From NCBI GenBank assembly GCA_043810775.1, contig JBDRNU010000003.1, positions 23,776 through 87,775 on the forward strand: DNA of 64,000 nt, read 5' to 3'. The translations under genes were made by a program, and so were the position numbers. Below the pieces are notes generated by a model. It had not been told where the DNA came from, did not search any database, and was given only the letters and a program-made list of their open reading frames with translations. Positions within the stretch are counted from its first letter, which is position 1. Each line of letters begins with the position of its first letter. The DNA comes from an archaeon. GTDB lineage: Archaea; Nanobdellota; Nanobdellia; Pacearchaeales; GW2011-AR1. This document shows positions 28,211 through 37,138 of this stretch, in pieces.

Positions 28211-29530
28211 ATGTCTGAATTAATTGTACTAAAGACTGGGGGAACTTCCCATATACATGGGGGAGATATTGAGAGAGATAAAAGGATTCTTAAATCTGAT
28301 AGCAGAAGGAGGGTGATGTTTGTTTCTGCACCTGGAAAAATAGGAAGTAACAGAAAGGTAACTGATTTGCTTATAGACTATTATAATGCTAAAACTGTAG
28401 ATTTAAAAGACACTTTTTTTAGAGCGATTATTGACAGATATAAGGGGATATTTTACGGGACAGACTTACGAGAAGCAGAAGAATCGCTAAAAGCATGCAG
28501 TACAATAGGAGAAACAAAAGCGTGGGGAGAAGATACACTTGCAAAGCTACTTTCTAGAACTATTCCAAATGCAGAATATGTTAATCCAAGAGATGTTTTT
28601 TTAGTAGAAGGAAAAGATGGAGAAGCTATTATTCTTCCTGAATCTTCTGAAATGATTAAAAGAACTATTGGAGAGGTATTGAATAGAGGAAAAATTGCAA
28701 TTGTTCCTGGCTTTTTTGGTTATAATAGAAATGGGGAGGTTATAACTCTTCCAAGAGGCTGTTCTGATGAAAGTGCGGCTTGTGCAGCCGGAGTTCTCGA
28801 AGCATTAGTATATGAAAACCGAACTGATGTAGAGGGAGTTTATGCTGCTAATAGAGATATTGTTCCTGATGCTAGATTAATTCCTGAACTTACATATAAA
28901 GAAATGAGAGCCTTGTCTGTTGGAGGCTTTCATGTGTTACATCCAAGAGCAGTAGCGCATGTTGAAAATAAAATGGTGCCCATACATATAGGAAATTCAG
29001 AAGAGATTGATGGGACTGGAACTTTAGTTGTTTTTGATAGAGTTGTAAACCCTAAAAAACCAATTGTAGGAATTGCTTACCAGCCAGGATTTTGTGTTTT
29101 TGAAATTGAAAAAACAGGATTCGATGATATTCCAGGGGGTGTAGAAAAAATACTTGAGATATTTGGTGAGAGGAATATAAACTGGAACTACATGCCACAT
29201 GGTACTGATGATATTTCAATAGCATTGACACAAGACCAGGTTAGTGGAAGAGGAATAGTTCATGAAATCACAAGAGAAATTTACAAGGCTGTGGGTGGAG
29301 GATATGCTGAAATTGGATTCAAGCACGATTTAGGAGTGTTAGTCGTAGCTGGCAAGGGGATGAAAGATCGTTCTGGGACTTCAGCAAAAGTAGATGAAGT
29401 ATTTAGTGATAATGCGATTAATTTAATTGGGAAAACGCAGGGTACAAAACAAAGAAACATGATTTATATAATTTCTGAAGGAGATGGAGCAAGTGCAGTT
29501 GACCAACTATATGATGAGTTCATAAGATAG
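28211..29530 (+). CDS. lysC: Aspartate kinase with ACT domains
   Basis: KTGGTS, VSAPG, PGFFG, RGCSD, TDVEGV, C-terminal ACT repeats. Confidence 0.85.
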   Translation: MSELIVLKTGGTSHIHGGDIERDKRILKSDSRRRVMFVSAPGKIGSNRKVTDLLIDYYNAKTVDLKDTFFRAIIDRYKGIFYGTDLREAEESLKACSTIGETKAWGEDTLAKLLSRTIPNAEYVNPRDVFLVEGKDGEAIILPESSEMIKRTIGEVLNRGKIAIVPGFFGYNRNGEVITLPRGCSDESAACAAGVLEALVYENRTDVEGVYAANRDIVPDARLIPELTYKEMRALSVGGFHVLHPRAVAHVENKMVPIHIGNSEEIDGTGTLVVFDRVVNPKKPIVGIAYQPGFCVFEIEKTGFDDIPGGVEKILEIFGERNINWNYMPHGTDDISIALTQDQVSGRGIVHEITREIYKAVGGGYAEIGFKHDLGVLVVAGKGMKDRSGTSAKVDEVFSDNAINLIGKTQGTKQRNMIYIISEGDGASAVDQLYDEFIR

Positions 29531-31420
29531 CTATCTTATCCTTATAGTCTCAAGATTTCTAGGAACATTAGTCTCGATTCTATTCAATTTATAGATTGAA
29601 GAAGCTAAATCAATGCACTTGCTTGATTCGCCGTGATTAATAATTACTCGCTTAGGCTTTGGGTTGATATGGTTGATAAATGCAAGAAGCTGATTTCTAC
29701 CTGAATGGCCTGAAAAACCAGGGATAGTATGAACTTCCATTAGCACTTTTACATCTTCTTCTTTATTAGATTCAGAGTTCATCATTTTTACTTCTTTAAG
29801 CCCATCTTGAACTTGACGGCCTAAACTTCCTGAACCCTGATAACAGACAAAAATCAGACTGTTTCTTTTATTTCCTGCGAACTCGCGAAAATACTCAACA
29901 GATGCCCCACCTACAAGCATACCTGAAGTTGCAAGAACTACACAAGGTCCTCCTTCAATGACTTTTTTCCTTTCTTGCGGTGAGCGAATTCTAGTAAAAA
30001 CGTCACTTAAAAAAGGATTTTTATCTTGGAAAATCTGAGTTCTGACAACTCCTGACAAGAAATTAGGATAAGCTGTATGAATTCCATTAATATCCCAAAT
30101 CATACCATTAATATAAATAGGAACTTTAGGAATTTTTCCCTGCCTCATGGCATCTTCCAAAACAAGCATTGTTTCTTGCGACCTTCCTAAACCAAGTTCT
30201 GGAATAAGAACTTTTCCTTTTCTTTCAATTGTTTTTTTAACAAGGTCTAGGAATTCGTCCTCAACATCTTTTCTCTGAGGAAGGGCATCATTTTTGCTTC
30301 CATAAGTGGATTCTACAATTAGTGTTTCAAGTCTTGGAAAATTTATAGCAGAAGCCTCTAGTAGTCTTGTTCTTCCAAATTTCATATCGCCTGTATAAAT
30401 CAAATTGTGGAGACCATTTCCAATATTTAAATGAACCATAGCACTTCCAAGAGCATGACCTGCGTTATAAAATGTTAATCTTACATCTGGAGTTACATCA
30501 GTTACCTCATTATAATCTAAACATATTGAGTGCTTGACCATTTCCTTTATATCAGTAGAGGAGTATAAAGGAGCTGTAGCTTGCTTATAAGCTACACCAA
30601 TAAAATCTAAAGCAATAAGTGAGGCTATATCTCTTGTAGGAGTAGTCATATAACAAGGCCCTCGGTAGCCCATTTTATACAAGTAAGGAAGTAATCCACA
30701 ATGATCAAGATGTGCATGAGTTAAGATAACTGCATCAATTTGATTTATATCAAATTCAGGAATATCAAAAAACGGAAACTTTTCTGAATTATGAGCTGCA
30801 ATATTCACCCCACAGTCCATCAAAATTTTTGACTCCGGAGTATGTAAAAGCAAGCATGATCGCCCAACCTGCCTTGCCCCACCTAAAAAAGTCAATCTTA
30901 TCCATTCATCTAACTTTTCTGGATTCCACTCTTTGTAAATTTTTTTACCTATAGAATTTAAAAATCTTTTTCTGTAATTATTATTTAAATAAAGAACTGC
31001 CCTAATATTTTCTGTAATTTTACTAGGGATGGCCGGACTTCTTTGAACTTGTGGTATCCAAAAAGTTTTCCTCTTGATTTCCTGAAGGACACTTCCTTGT
31101 TTTCCTATTACCATTCCTGGTTTTTTTGCCTCAACTACCACTATTGACCTTTGAACATCAAAAATAATGCTAGTAACTTCAGCTTCCTTTGGAACTATTT
31201 TGCGGATTTCTTTTTCGGATTTTTCCTGGTCTTGCAGTAATTTGCTGTCTGCTCTAAGCTCAATTCTTTTTTTTATTTTATCAACTACTTTCTTTATTTC
31301 ATTTTCTCCTTCTAAGAAAAAATTAGTATCATCAGTGTAAAGAACTATGTTTGCACCTTCAAAATTTGCACTAGCAATGCATTTTGGAAGTTGCTCTTGT
31401 ATATTTTTAAGAATGTCCAT
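29531..31420 (-). CDS. fttA: Beta-CASP ribonuclease aCPSF1 / transcription termination factor FttA
   Basis: KH domain GMVIGKQG, THAHLDH, AGHALG, GFSGHS, NHGE. Confidence 0.95.
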   Translation of the reverse strand: MDILKNIQEQLPKCIASANFEGANIVLYTDDTNFFLEGENEIKKVVDKIKKRIELRADSKLLQDQEKSEKEIRKIVPKEAEVTSIIFDVQRSIVVVEAKKPGMVIGKQGSVLQEIKRKTFWIPQVQRSPAIPSKITENIRAVLYLNNNYRKRFLNSIGKKIYKEWNPEKLDEWIRLTFLGGARQVGRSCLLLHTPESKILMDCGVNIAAHNSEKFPFFDIPEFDINQIDAVILTHAHLDHCGLLPYLYKMGYRGPCYMTTPTRDIASLIALDFIGVAYKQATAPLYSSTDIKEMVKHSICLDYNEVTDVTPDVRLTFYNAGHALGSAMVHLNIGNGLHNLIYTGDMKFGRTRLLEASAINFPRLETLIVESTYGSKNDALPQRKDVEDEFLDLVKKTIERKGKVLIPELGLGRSQETMLVLEDAMRQGKIPKVPIYINGMIWDINGIHTAYPNFLSGVVRTQIFQDKNPFLSDVFTRIRSPQERKKVIEGGPCVVLATSGMLVGGASVEYFREFAGNKRNSLIFVCYQGSGSLGRQVQDGLKEVKMMNSESNKEEDVKVLMEVHTIPGFSGHSGRNQLLAFINHINPKPKRVIINHGESSKCIDLASSIYKLNRIETNVPRNLETIRIR

Positions 31421-31457
31421 TTTCAAAACAACCTACAATTTTTTTGTATTTTCCCTT
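31418..31457 (-). promoter_or_regulatory. Conserved 40-nt 5' leader, copy B
   Basis: AAGGGAAAATACAAAAAAATTGTAGGTTGTTTTGAAAATG. Confidence 0.8.
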
Positions 31458-31536
31458 GAGACTTTAGAAATTTTTTTAGTTTCATGTTTCTGAGAGTAAT
31501 CAAAAACCTGTAGTTTTTGACATTGAGAATATTAAA

Positions 31537-32199
31537 TTAATTCTGGTCTTTGTAAACTGACTCCACTTCTTGCTTAATCACTTGCTTAATCCCTTCTTTT
31601 GTTATAGTATAAACGTCTACTCCAAATCCTGAACCAACATCTCTTTGAGATGAAGCTTTAATTGCATCAATAGCCAGATTAACAGCTTGTTTTACAGTAA
31701 GATCCTTAGAGTACTGCCTTTCTAGCAATCCTAAAATAAAAGGCATTCCAGATGAGAAGTTAGCATCATAGTCTTCAACTTTTTTTACACTTCCTGCAGG
31801 TTCTATTGTATAAAGCTCAAAAGAACCATCTTCATTATATCCTGCAACTAAACTGCCGACTATACTAGGAATTGTTGTAAATTGGCGTATATTTCTAAAA
31901 GAGAGCATCCCTATTAAATTGGCTCCTTCTTTTACTGTTGGCCTTTGCTTTGTTTTTAGTTCCTTTAACTTTAGCTCAGCTCTGACCACTTTCCTAAGCA
32001 ATTCTATATCTGCAGAGATGCCAGTACATGCTATTAATAGATAGTCATTAATATAAGCTACTTTTGGCTCATCTTTTCTTAAAACTAGTGTTCCAGCAGT
32101 GGCTTTTCTGTCACCTGCTAAAACTATTCCATCCTTACACACTATTCCTACAATACTTGTACTTGATTTCAAGATATTATTTTTTAGTTCTTGATCCAT
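31537..32199 (-). CDS. psmB: Proteasome beta subunit
   Basis: TSIVGIVCKDGIVLAGDRKAT, RDVGSG; usual synteny with aCPSF1. Confidence 0.93.
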   Translation of the reverse strand: MDQELKNNILKSSTSIVGIVCKDGIVLAGDRKATAGTLVLRKDEPKVAYINDYLLIACTGISADIELLRKVVRAELKLKELKTKQRPTVKEGANLIGMLSFRNIRQFTTIPSIVGSLVAGYNEDGSFELYTIEPAGSVKKVEDYDANFSSGMPFILGLLERQYSKDLTVKQAVNLAIDAIKASSQRDVGSGFGVDVYTITKEGIKQVIKQEVESVYKDQN

Positions 32200-32268
32200 T
32201 TTAAGAATTTGAATCGCTTTAGAATTGCTAAATTACTTAACAAATTGTTGTTTATAAAGATTTCGCTT

Positions 32269-32832
32269 TTAGACAGACTCAAATCTCTCGCTCACAACTT
32301 CCCAGTTAATTACTTTAAAGAAATTTTCAATGTAATCTGTTTTTTTTAAGCCATAATCTGTGATAAATGAGTGCTCAAAAACATCCATAACTAATAAAGG
32401 GACAGCTGTTGCTAAATGACCAGTGTTATGCTCATTAATCCAGGTATTAAAAAGCCTCTTAGTTTCTTTGTCATAAGTTAGTATTGCCCATCCTATTCCC
32501 CTCATTGCCCCAATTGATTTAAATTGTTTTTCAAAGTTTTCAAAACTTCCAAAATCCTGTGAAATCTTTGAATAGATAGGTGTTGTTTTGTCAATTTCCT
32601 TAGATTGGGAAGACATATTTCCAAAATATAGCTCGTGAAGCCTCATTCCATTAAACTCCCATCCAAATCTCCTAGTTAGCTCTGCAAATTCTATGCTTCC
32701 TTTGTCTTTTAGTGTTTCCAGAAGTTTCAGTGTATTTGTAACATATCCATTATACAGTGAAAAGTGATTTCTAAGAAGGATATCAGAAAATCCCCTTGTT
32801 CCAATCAAATTCTCAAAATTTTTAGGCTCCAT
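32269..32832 (-). CDS. sod: Fe/Mn superoxide dismutase family protein
   Basis: NHFSLY, LHELYF, GIGWAIL, MDVFEHSF. Confidence 0.9.
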   Translation of the reverse strand: MEPKNFENLIGTRGFSDILLRNHFSLYNGYVTNTLKLLETLKDKGSIEFAELTRRFGWEFNGMRLHELYFGNMSSQSKEIDKTTPIYSKISQDFGSFENFEKQFKSIGAMRGIGWAILTYDKETKRLFNTWINEHNTGHLATAVPLLVMDVFEHSFITDYGLKKTDYIENFFKVINWEVVSERFESV

Positions 32833-32838
32833 TTTAAT

Positions 32839-32976
32839 TTATCCTAATTTTTGTATTTTCTCTTCAATAAGTTCCATATCTTCGCCGCAACAGACTAGAG
32901 TTCCTGCGCCTTCATGAATAACTTTCACTATGTTTCCACAGATATTGCATTTGTAAACTTGTTCTTTTTTAGTCAT
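32839..32976 (-). CDS. Desulforedoxin (FeS4 iron-binding domain), 45 aa (not in ORF track)
   Basis: [45 protein letters not shown]; CxxC..CCG signature. Confidence 0.93.
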   Translation of the reverse strand: MTKKEQVYKCNICGNIVKVIHEGAGTLVCCGEDMELIEEKIQKLG

Positions 32977-32986
32977 TTTTCAAATA

Positions 32987-33553
32987 TTAGTATTGTTCGC
33001 ACTTTACTTGGTAAAAGCTGGTTTCATGGTCGCAAGAAGGGCATTTTACAGGAGGTTGCTTGCCTTTATGCACATAGCCACACTCTCGGCATACCCACTC
33101 AATTTCTTTGTCTTTTTTGAATATTGTGCCTTTTTCAAGCTGTTCAAGTATCTTCTTATAGCGCTCTTCGTGATGTTTCTCTGAAATAGCAATTGCCCTT
33201 AAACGAGCTGCGATTTTAGGCAGATTTTCCTTTTCTGCAGTGTCTGCAAATGAGGGATACATTTTAGTGTATTCATGGTTTTCGCCAGAAATTGCTGCTT
33301 TAAGATTTTCTATTGTTTTTCCAATGACTAGAGGAGATGCTGCATCAACACTTATATCATTGCTATCTTTAAGCTCTTGTATATGTTCAAATATCTTTTT
33401 TGCATGCTCTTTTTCATTATCTGCTGTTATCTGAAAAATCTCTGCAATTTGCTCATATCCTTCTTTTCTTGCAATTGAGGCATAAAAAGTATATCTATTG
33501 CGTGCTTGAGACTCGCCTATAAATGATCTCACCAGATTTTTTAGTGTTTCCAT
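32987..33553 (-). CDS. rbr: Rubrerythrin
   Basis: [32 protein letters not shown]. Confidence 0.96.
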   Translation of the reverse strand: METLKNLVRSFIGESQARNRYTFYASIARKEGYEQIAEIFQITADNEKEHAKKIFEHIQELKDSNDISVDAASPLVIGKTIENLKAAISGENHEYTKMYPSFADTAEKENLPKIAARLRAIAISEKHHEERYKKILEQLEKGTIFKKDKEIEWVCRECGYVHKGKQPPVKCPSCDHETSFYQVKCEQY

Positions 33554-33615
33554 TTTTTTATTAGATTAGCTTAGTTTATATAAATTATTATGATTCAGGA
33601 CAGCTGATAATATCT

Positions 33616-33807
33616 CTATTTTTCCTTTTTCTCAGCTATAATTAATAATAATCCTCCAACTAGGAAGCATGCTGCTATAATGCCATTTATACTAGAAGTT
33701 GAATTTTCCAGTATAACATAGCCTGTGAAGCCTGAAAATGAGTTTAGAGCAAAAATAATACTTATTATTATAGAAGCTAAACCCAACCATATACCTGTTT
33801 TAGCCAT
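33616..33807 (-). CDS. Small two-TM protein with SGFTGYVI loop
   Basis: TM-SGFTGYVILE-TM; motif shared with the N-terminus of 51976..52830. Confidence 0.75.
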   Translation of the reverse strand: MAKTGIWLGLASIIISIIFALNSFSGFTGYVILENSTSSINGIIAACFLVGGLLLIIAEKKEK

Positions 33808-33898
33808 AGTTAAAGAAGGTTTTAGCAGTTAATAAAGTTTATGCTAAAATAGTTGCAAGGGAGTATAGAAATACTTAAAAATAGGGTTTTTATAGAGT

Positions 33899-34207
33899 AT
33901 GCAAGGGAAAATGAGCTTAAGAAATATATTGATTGGAGGAGCATTAATTTTTAGTTGCGTAGCTTGTGGTCCAGCGGCAACAGTTGAAATGAAAAAAGAA
34001 ACAAACCCAGAATATGACAAGAGTGAGAGATATGATGTGCAAAGGGTGGGGGTTTTTCAAGATGATTTGGCTTATCACAATAAAAGAGGAATTTATGAGA
34101 TAAGAGACAGAAAAACAGGAAATGGGTATTTTGGCATAAGTGGAATTGGAATAACTGAAGTTGGAAGCCATTCAGATGGAAACTCCTCTGTAGAAGATGA
34201 GAGATAG
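33899..34207 (+). CDS. Putative lipoprotein
   Basis: Lipobox-like FSCVA/C after a hydrophobic stretch. Confidence 0.75.
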   Translation: MQGKMSLRNILIGGALIFSCVACGPAATVEMKKETNPEYDKSERYDVQRVGVFQDDLAYHNKRGIYEIRDRKTGNGYFGISGIGITEVGSHSDGNSSVEDER

Positions 34208-34303
34208 TTTAATTCTTAATTTTAATAATTAGTTAAAGTTTATGTTAAGATGATTATTTTCTACACTATAAATATTTATAATACTAGACTAGCTTGAAAA
34301 ATA

Positions 34304-34969
34304 ATGGCAGATAGTGAAGAAGAGATTGAAATTATTAGCCCCTCACCAATCGGGAGGCAGTTTGAGCCTTATTTTCCAGAGTTATTTGAACAAGCACTCA
34401 GAAGTGTTCCTGCTATTCCTTATTCTTTTGTAATAAAAATGGCTGCTTATGGAATTGAGCCAGCTCACTTGTTTGATAAAAAAGAAAAGAGACTTGCAGA
34501 TATAGCTAGGTACTGTGAAGAGTGCAGAGAAAATGAGGTTATGAAAAATTCTATTCAAAGATTAGTTTATGAAGACTGGTCAGGCAATATTAGAACTCCT
34601 AGAACTGGAACAGGAAGTATTGTAGATATAGGGGATATTATGAGTGAAGATGAAAGAAAAGCAACTTTAGAAGAACTTGCAAGAACAAGAAAAATACATG
34701 TGTTTGAAATTAGTTCTGAAAATCAAGGGGATAATTCGTATATTAATTTTAGAAATAGCATCTGGCCCCAACTAGATGTAGAAGATTATGAACTATATGA
34801 AGGTGATTTACATATAGGCAGTGAGAAAAAAGCAGGTCATTTAAGCTTTAGAGCTGGAAGAGGATTAAGTTTACGATTAGATTGGAATATAGATCCAGTT
34901 TTGGGAGAAAAACTTATTTACTGGTTTAATGATTTAGCTGATAGCACAAGACAACCAAAATTATTTTAA
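34304..34969 (+). CDS. Hypothetical protein
   Basis: 221-aa ORF with upstream TATA. Confidence 0.7.
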   Translation: MADSEEEIEIISPSPIGRQFEPYFPELFEQALRSVPAIPYSFVIKMAAYGIEPAHLFDKKEKRLADIARYCEECRENEVMKNSIQRLVYEDWSGNIRTPRTGTGSIVDIGDIMSEDERKATLEELARTRKIHVFEISSENQGDNSYINFRNSIWPQLDVEDYELYEGDLHIGSEKKAGHLSFRAGRGLSLRLDWNIDPVLGEKLIYWFNDLADSTRQPKLF

Positions 34970-37014
34970 ACTTCAACTTTAGTAATCCCTTCATCTTTTC
35001 TGAATTTAATAATATTTTCAACAAAACCCTCTATTTTTTGCTCGTGGCTTACTAAAATTAGCTGTTTGGCCTTTAGTTCATCAAGAACATCACGTATCTT
35101 ATCAAGCTGCTGTTCTGAAAATCCATCTGTAGGCTCGTCTAAAATAACTAGGTCTTTAGTCTTTATTTTGCTTAGCATTGAATTTATAACCTGATTTAGT
35201 GAGAGTCTGTAAGCAAGAGCTATAGCTGTCCTTTCGCCACCAGATAGGAAGGAATAATCAAGCTGATAGTCCTGCTGTTCAACTATTGGAGTGAAGTCAT
35301 CATCAAGCCTGACTGTAAAATTATCAGAAACCAGCATTGAAAACCACTGGCTAAAAAGCCTAGAAAACTCTTCTCTTAGAGTAATTAAGACATTTTTTTC
35401 AGTGAAGCTAATTAAAAATAAAAATTTGTCAGAAAGCCATTGTTCAAGTTCAATTAGATATAGGAGTTTCTTCTTAGTTTCTTCTTTTTCTTTTATATTT
35501 TCCTCAATTTCAGATAGTGTATTTTTTAAAAGGTCAACTTCTTTTTTAATTTCAGCTAGCTTAACATGTGATTCTCTTTCAACTCTCAAAGCATTACCAA
35601 GCTCTTTTTCTTTTTCTATATAGATATTCTCAAATTTTTGAAGACTTGTAATAGAGTTTTTCAGCAAATCTATATGCTTTATCAACATATCAGTATCTTT
35701 TTCTATTAAAGATAGGTCCTTCTGTATTTTAGAAAGTCTGTCTTCTTTTTCCTTTAGTCTCTCAAATTTAACTTTTAGCAACTTGTAATCATTAATACTT
35801 TTTTCTAATAAAACTAGTTTTTGCTTAGTATTCTCAATTTGTTCTAGAGCTGCTGTTTTCTTCACCTGTAATTCATTAATTTCATTTTTGCTTTGACTTA
35901 TCTCAGATTCAAACTTATTTTTAATATTTGCCCTGTATACTGCAGCAACATCCTGAAGGCAGGTTGGACAACGGTCTAGCTTAGTAATTTGGTCTTTGGT
36001 AATTGTTTTTTCAGCTATGCTTGAGTTTATAGCATTTATTTTACTTTGAACTTCAAGATATTCTTTATTTTTGTCTTCCTTAAGCTTAGATAGATTTTCT
36101 TTTTCTATTTCACCTTCTTTAACTTTATTTTCATCAAATTCAGTTTTCTTTATTTCTGAAATTTCTAAAATAATACTTTCTTTTTCTTTTTCTAAATTAA
36201 ACTTAACTTCTCTCTTACCAGTTATGTGGATTTTAGTTTTTTCAATCTCCTGCTCAAATTTGTTTTTTTGTTTTATTTTCTCATCAATTTGCTCCATTTC
36301 TGCTTCGATTTTCTTAATCTGGGTATGAGCTAAGTCAACTTCTCTTTGGGCGTAAGGGATATTTGCCTCAAGCTTAACAGTCTGCTCCTTTTTTTCAATT
36401 AAATTGACCTTTAAATTTTCAAGATCAGAAATAATTCCTTCTTTATTCCTTATATTCTCCCTTAACTTAGAAGTCAGTATTGATGTATTTTCCTTTATTC
36501 TTTTGTATTTATCTATTCCAAATATATGCCTAAGAGTATTTAATCTAGATTCAGCATCTTCAAGAATTATTTGCTTCATTTCTTCTTGCGGTGTGTACAC
36601 TGTAAATTTATATAAGAGATTTGTTTTTTTTGCGAATTCTTGAGGATAATTTAAAATATTGAGGACTTTATTTTTAATTTCAGTTACTGATGATTCTTCT
36701 TTTTCACCATTTATAGTTATTGCAGCGTAGGACTGGCTTACTGACTTTCCTCGCTTAAGATGTCTTTCTATTTCAATTTTTCTTCCATCAACTTCAATCT
36801 CTAAAAAAACCTGGCCTTCATCTGAGCCATTTCTCAACAGTGAAGCCCCTTTTTGACCTGGCTGAAGACCAAAAAGAGCAAATTCAATTGCAAGAAGAAC
36901 TGAGGTCTTACCACTGCCTATGTCTCCTGATAATAGGGAAGACCCTTCTGGGAAATTAACTTCAGCGGTAATGTAGCTTCTTATATTATTTAAGATTACT
37001 TTTTTTATTATCAT
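34966..37014 (-). CDS. rad50: Rad50 ATPase
   Basis: GDIGSGKTS, coiled coil, CPTC hook, LSGGE, ILDEPT, SH. Confidence 0.95.
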   Translation of the reverse strand: MIIKKVILNNIRSYITAEVNFPEGSSLLSGDIGSGKTSVLLAIEFALFGLQPGQKGASLLRNGSDEGQVFLEIEVDGRKIEIERHLKRGKSVSQSYAAITINGEKEESSVTEIKNKVLNILNYPQEFAKKTNLLYKFTVYTPQEEMKQIILEDAESRLNTLRHIFGIDKYKRIKENTSILTSKLRENIRNKEGIISDLENLKVNLIEKKEQTVKLEANIPYAQREVDLAHTQIKKIEAEMEQIDEKIKQKNKFEQEIEKTKIHITGKREVKFNLEKEKESIILEISEIKKTEFDENKVKEGEIEKENLSKLKEDKNKEYLEVQSKINAINSSIAEKTITKDQITKLDRCPTCLQDVAAVYRANIKNKFESEISQSKNEINELQVKKTAALEQIENTKQKLVLLEKSINDYKLLKVKFERLKEKEDRLSKIQKDLSLIEKDTDMLIKHIDLLKNSITSLQKFENIYIEKEKELGNALRVERESHVKLAEIKKEVDLLKNTLSEIEENIKEKEETKKKLLYLIELEQWLSDKFLFLISFTEKNVLITLREEFSRLFSQWFSMLVSDNFTVRLDDDFTPIVEQQDYQLDYSFLSGGERTAIALAYRLSLNQVINSMLSKIKTKDLVILDEPTDGFSEQQLDKIRDVLDELKAKQLILVSHEQKIEGFVENIIKFRKDEGITKVEV

Positions 37015-37017
37015 TGC

Positions 37018-37120
37018 CTGACAACCTAACGGTTTTGTCAGAAATCTTTAGATTTCTGAGCACTCTCAAAATCTCTCCTAAAGATTTTGAAGTCTTGGCT
37101 AACTTTCCCTTGATATAGCC
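37018..37120. repeat. Four-hairpin intergenic element between mre11 and rad50
   Basis: CTGACAA..TTGTCAG; TCAGAAATC-TTTA-GATTTCTGA; TCAAAATCT..AGATTTTGA; GGCTA..TAGCC. Confidence 0.8.
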
Positions 37121-37138
37121 TAAATTTAATTTTTATTA

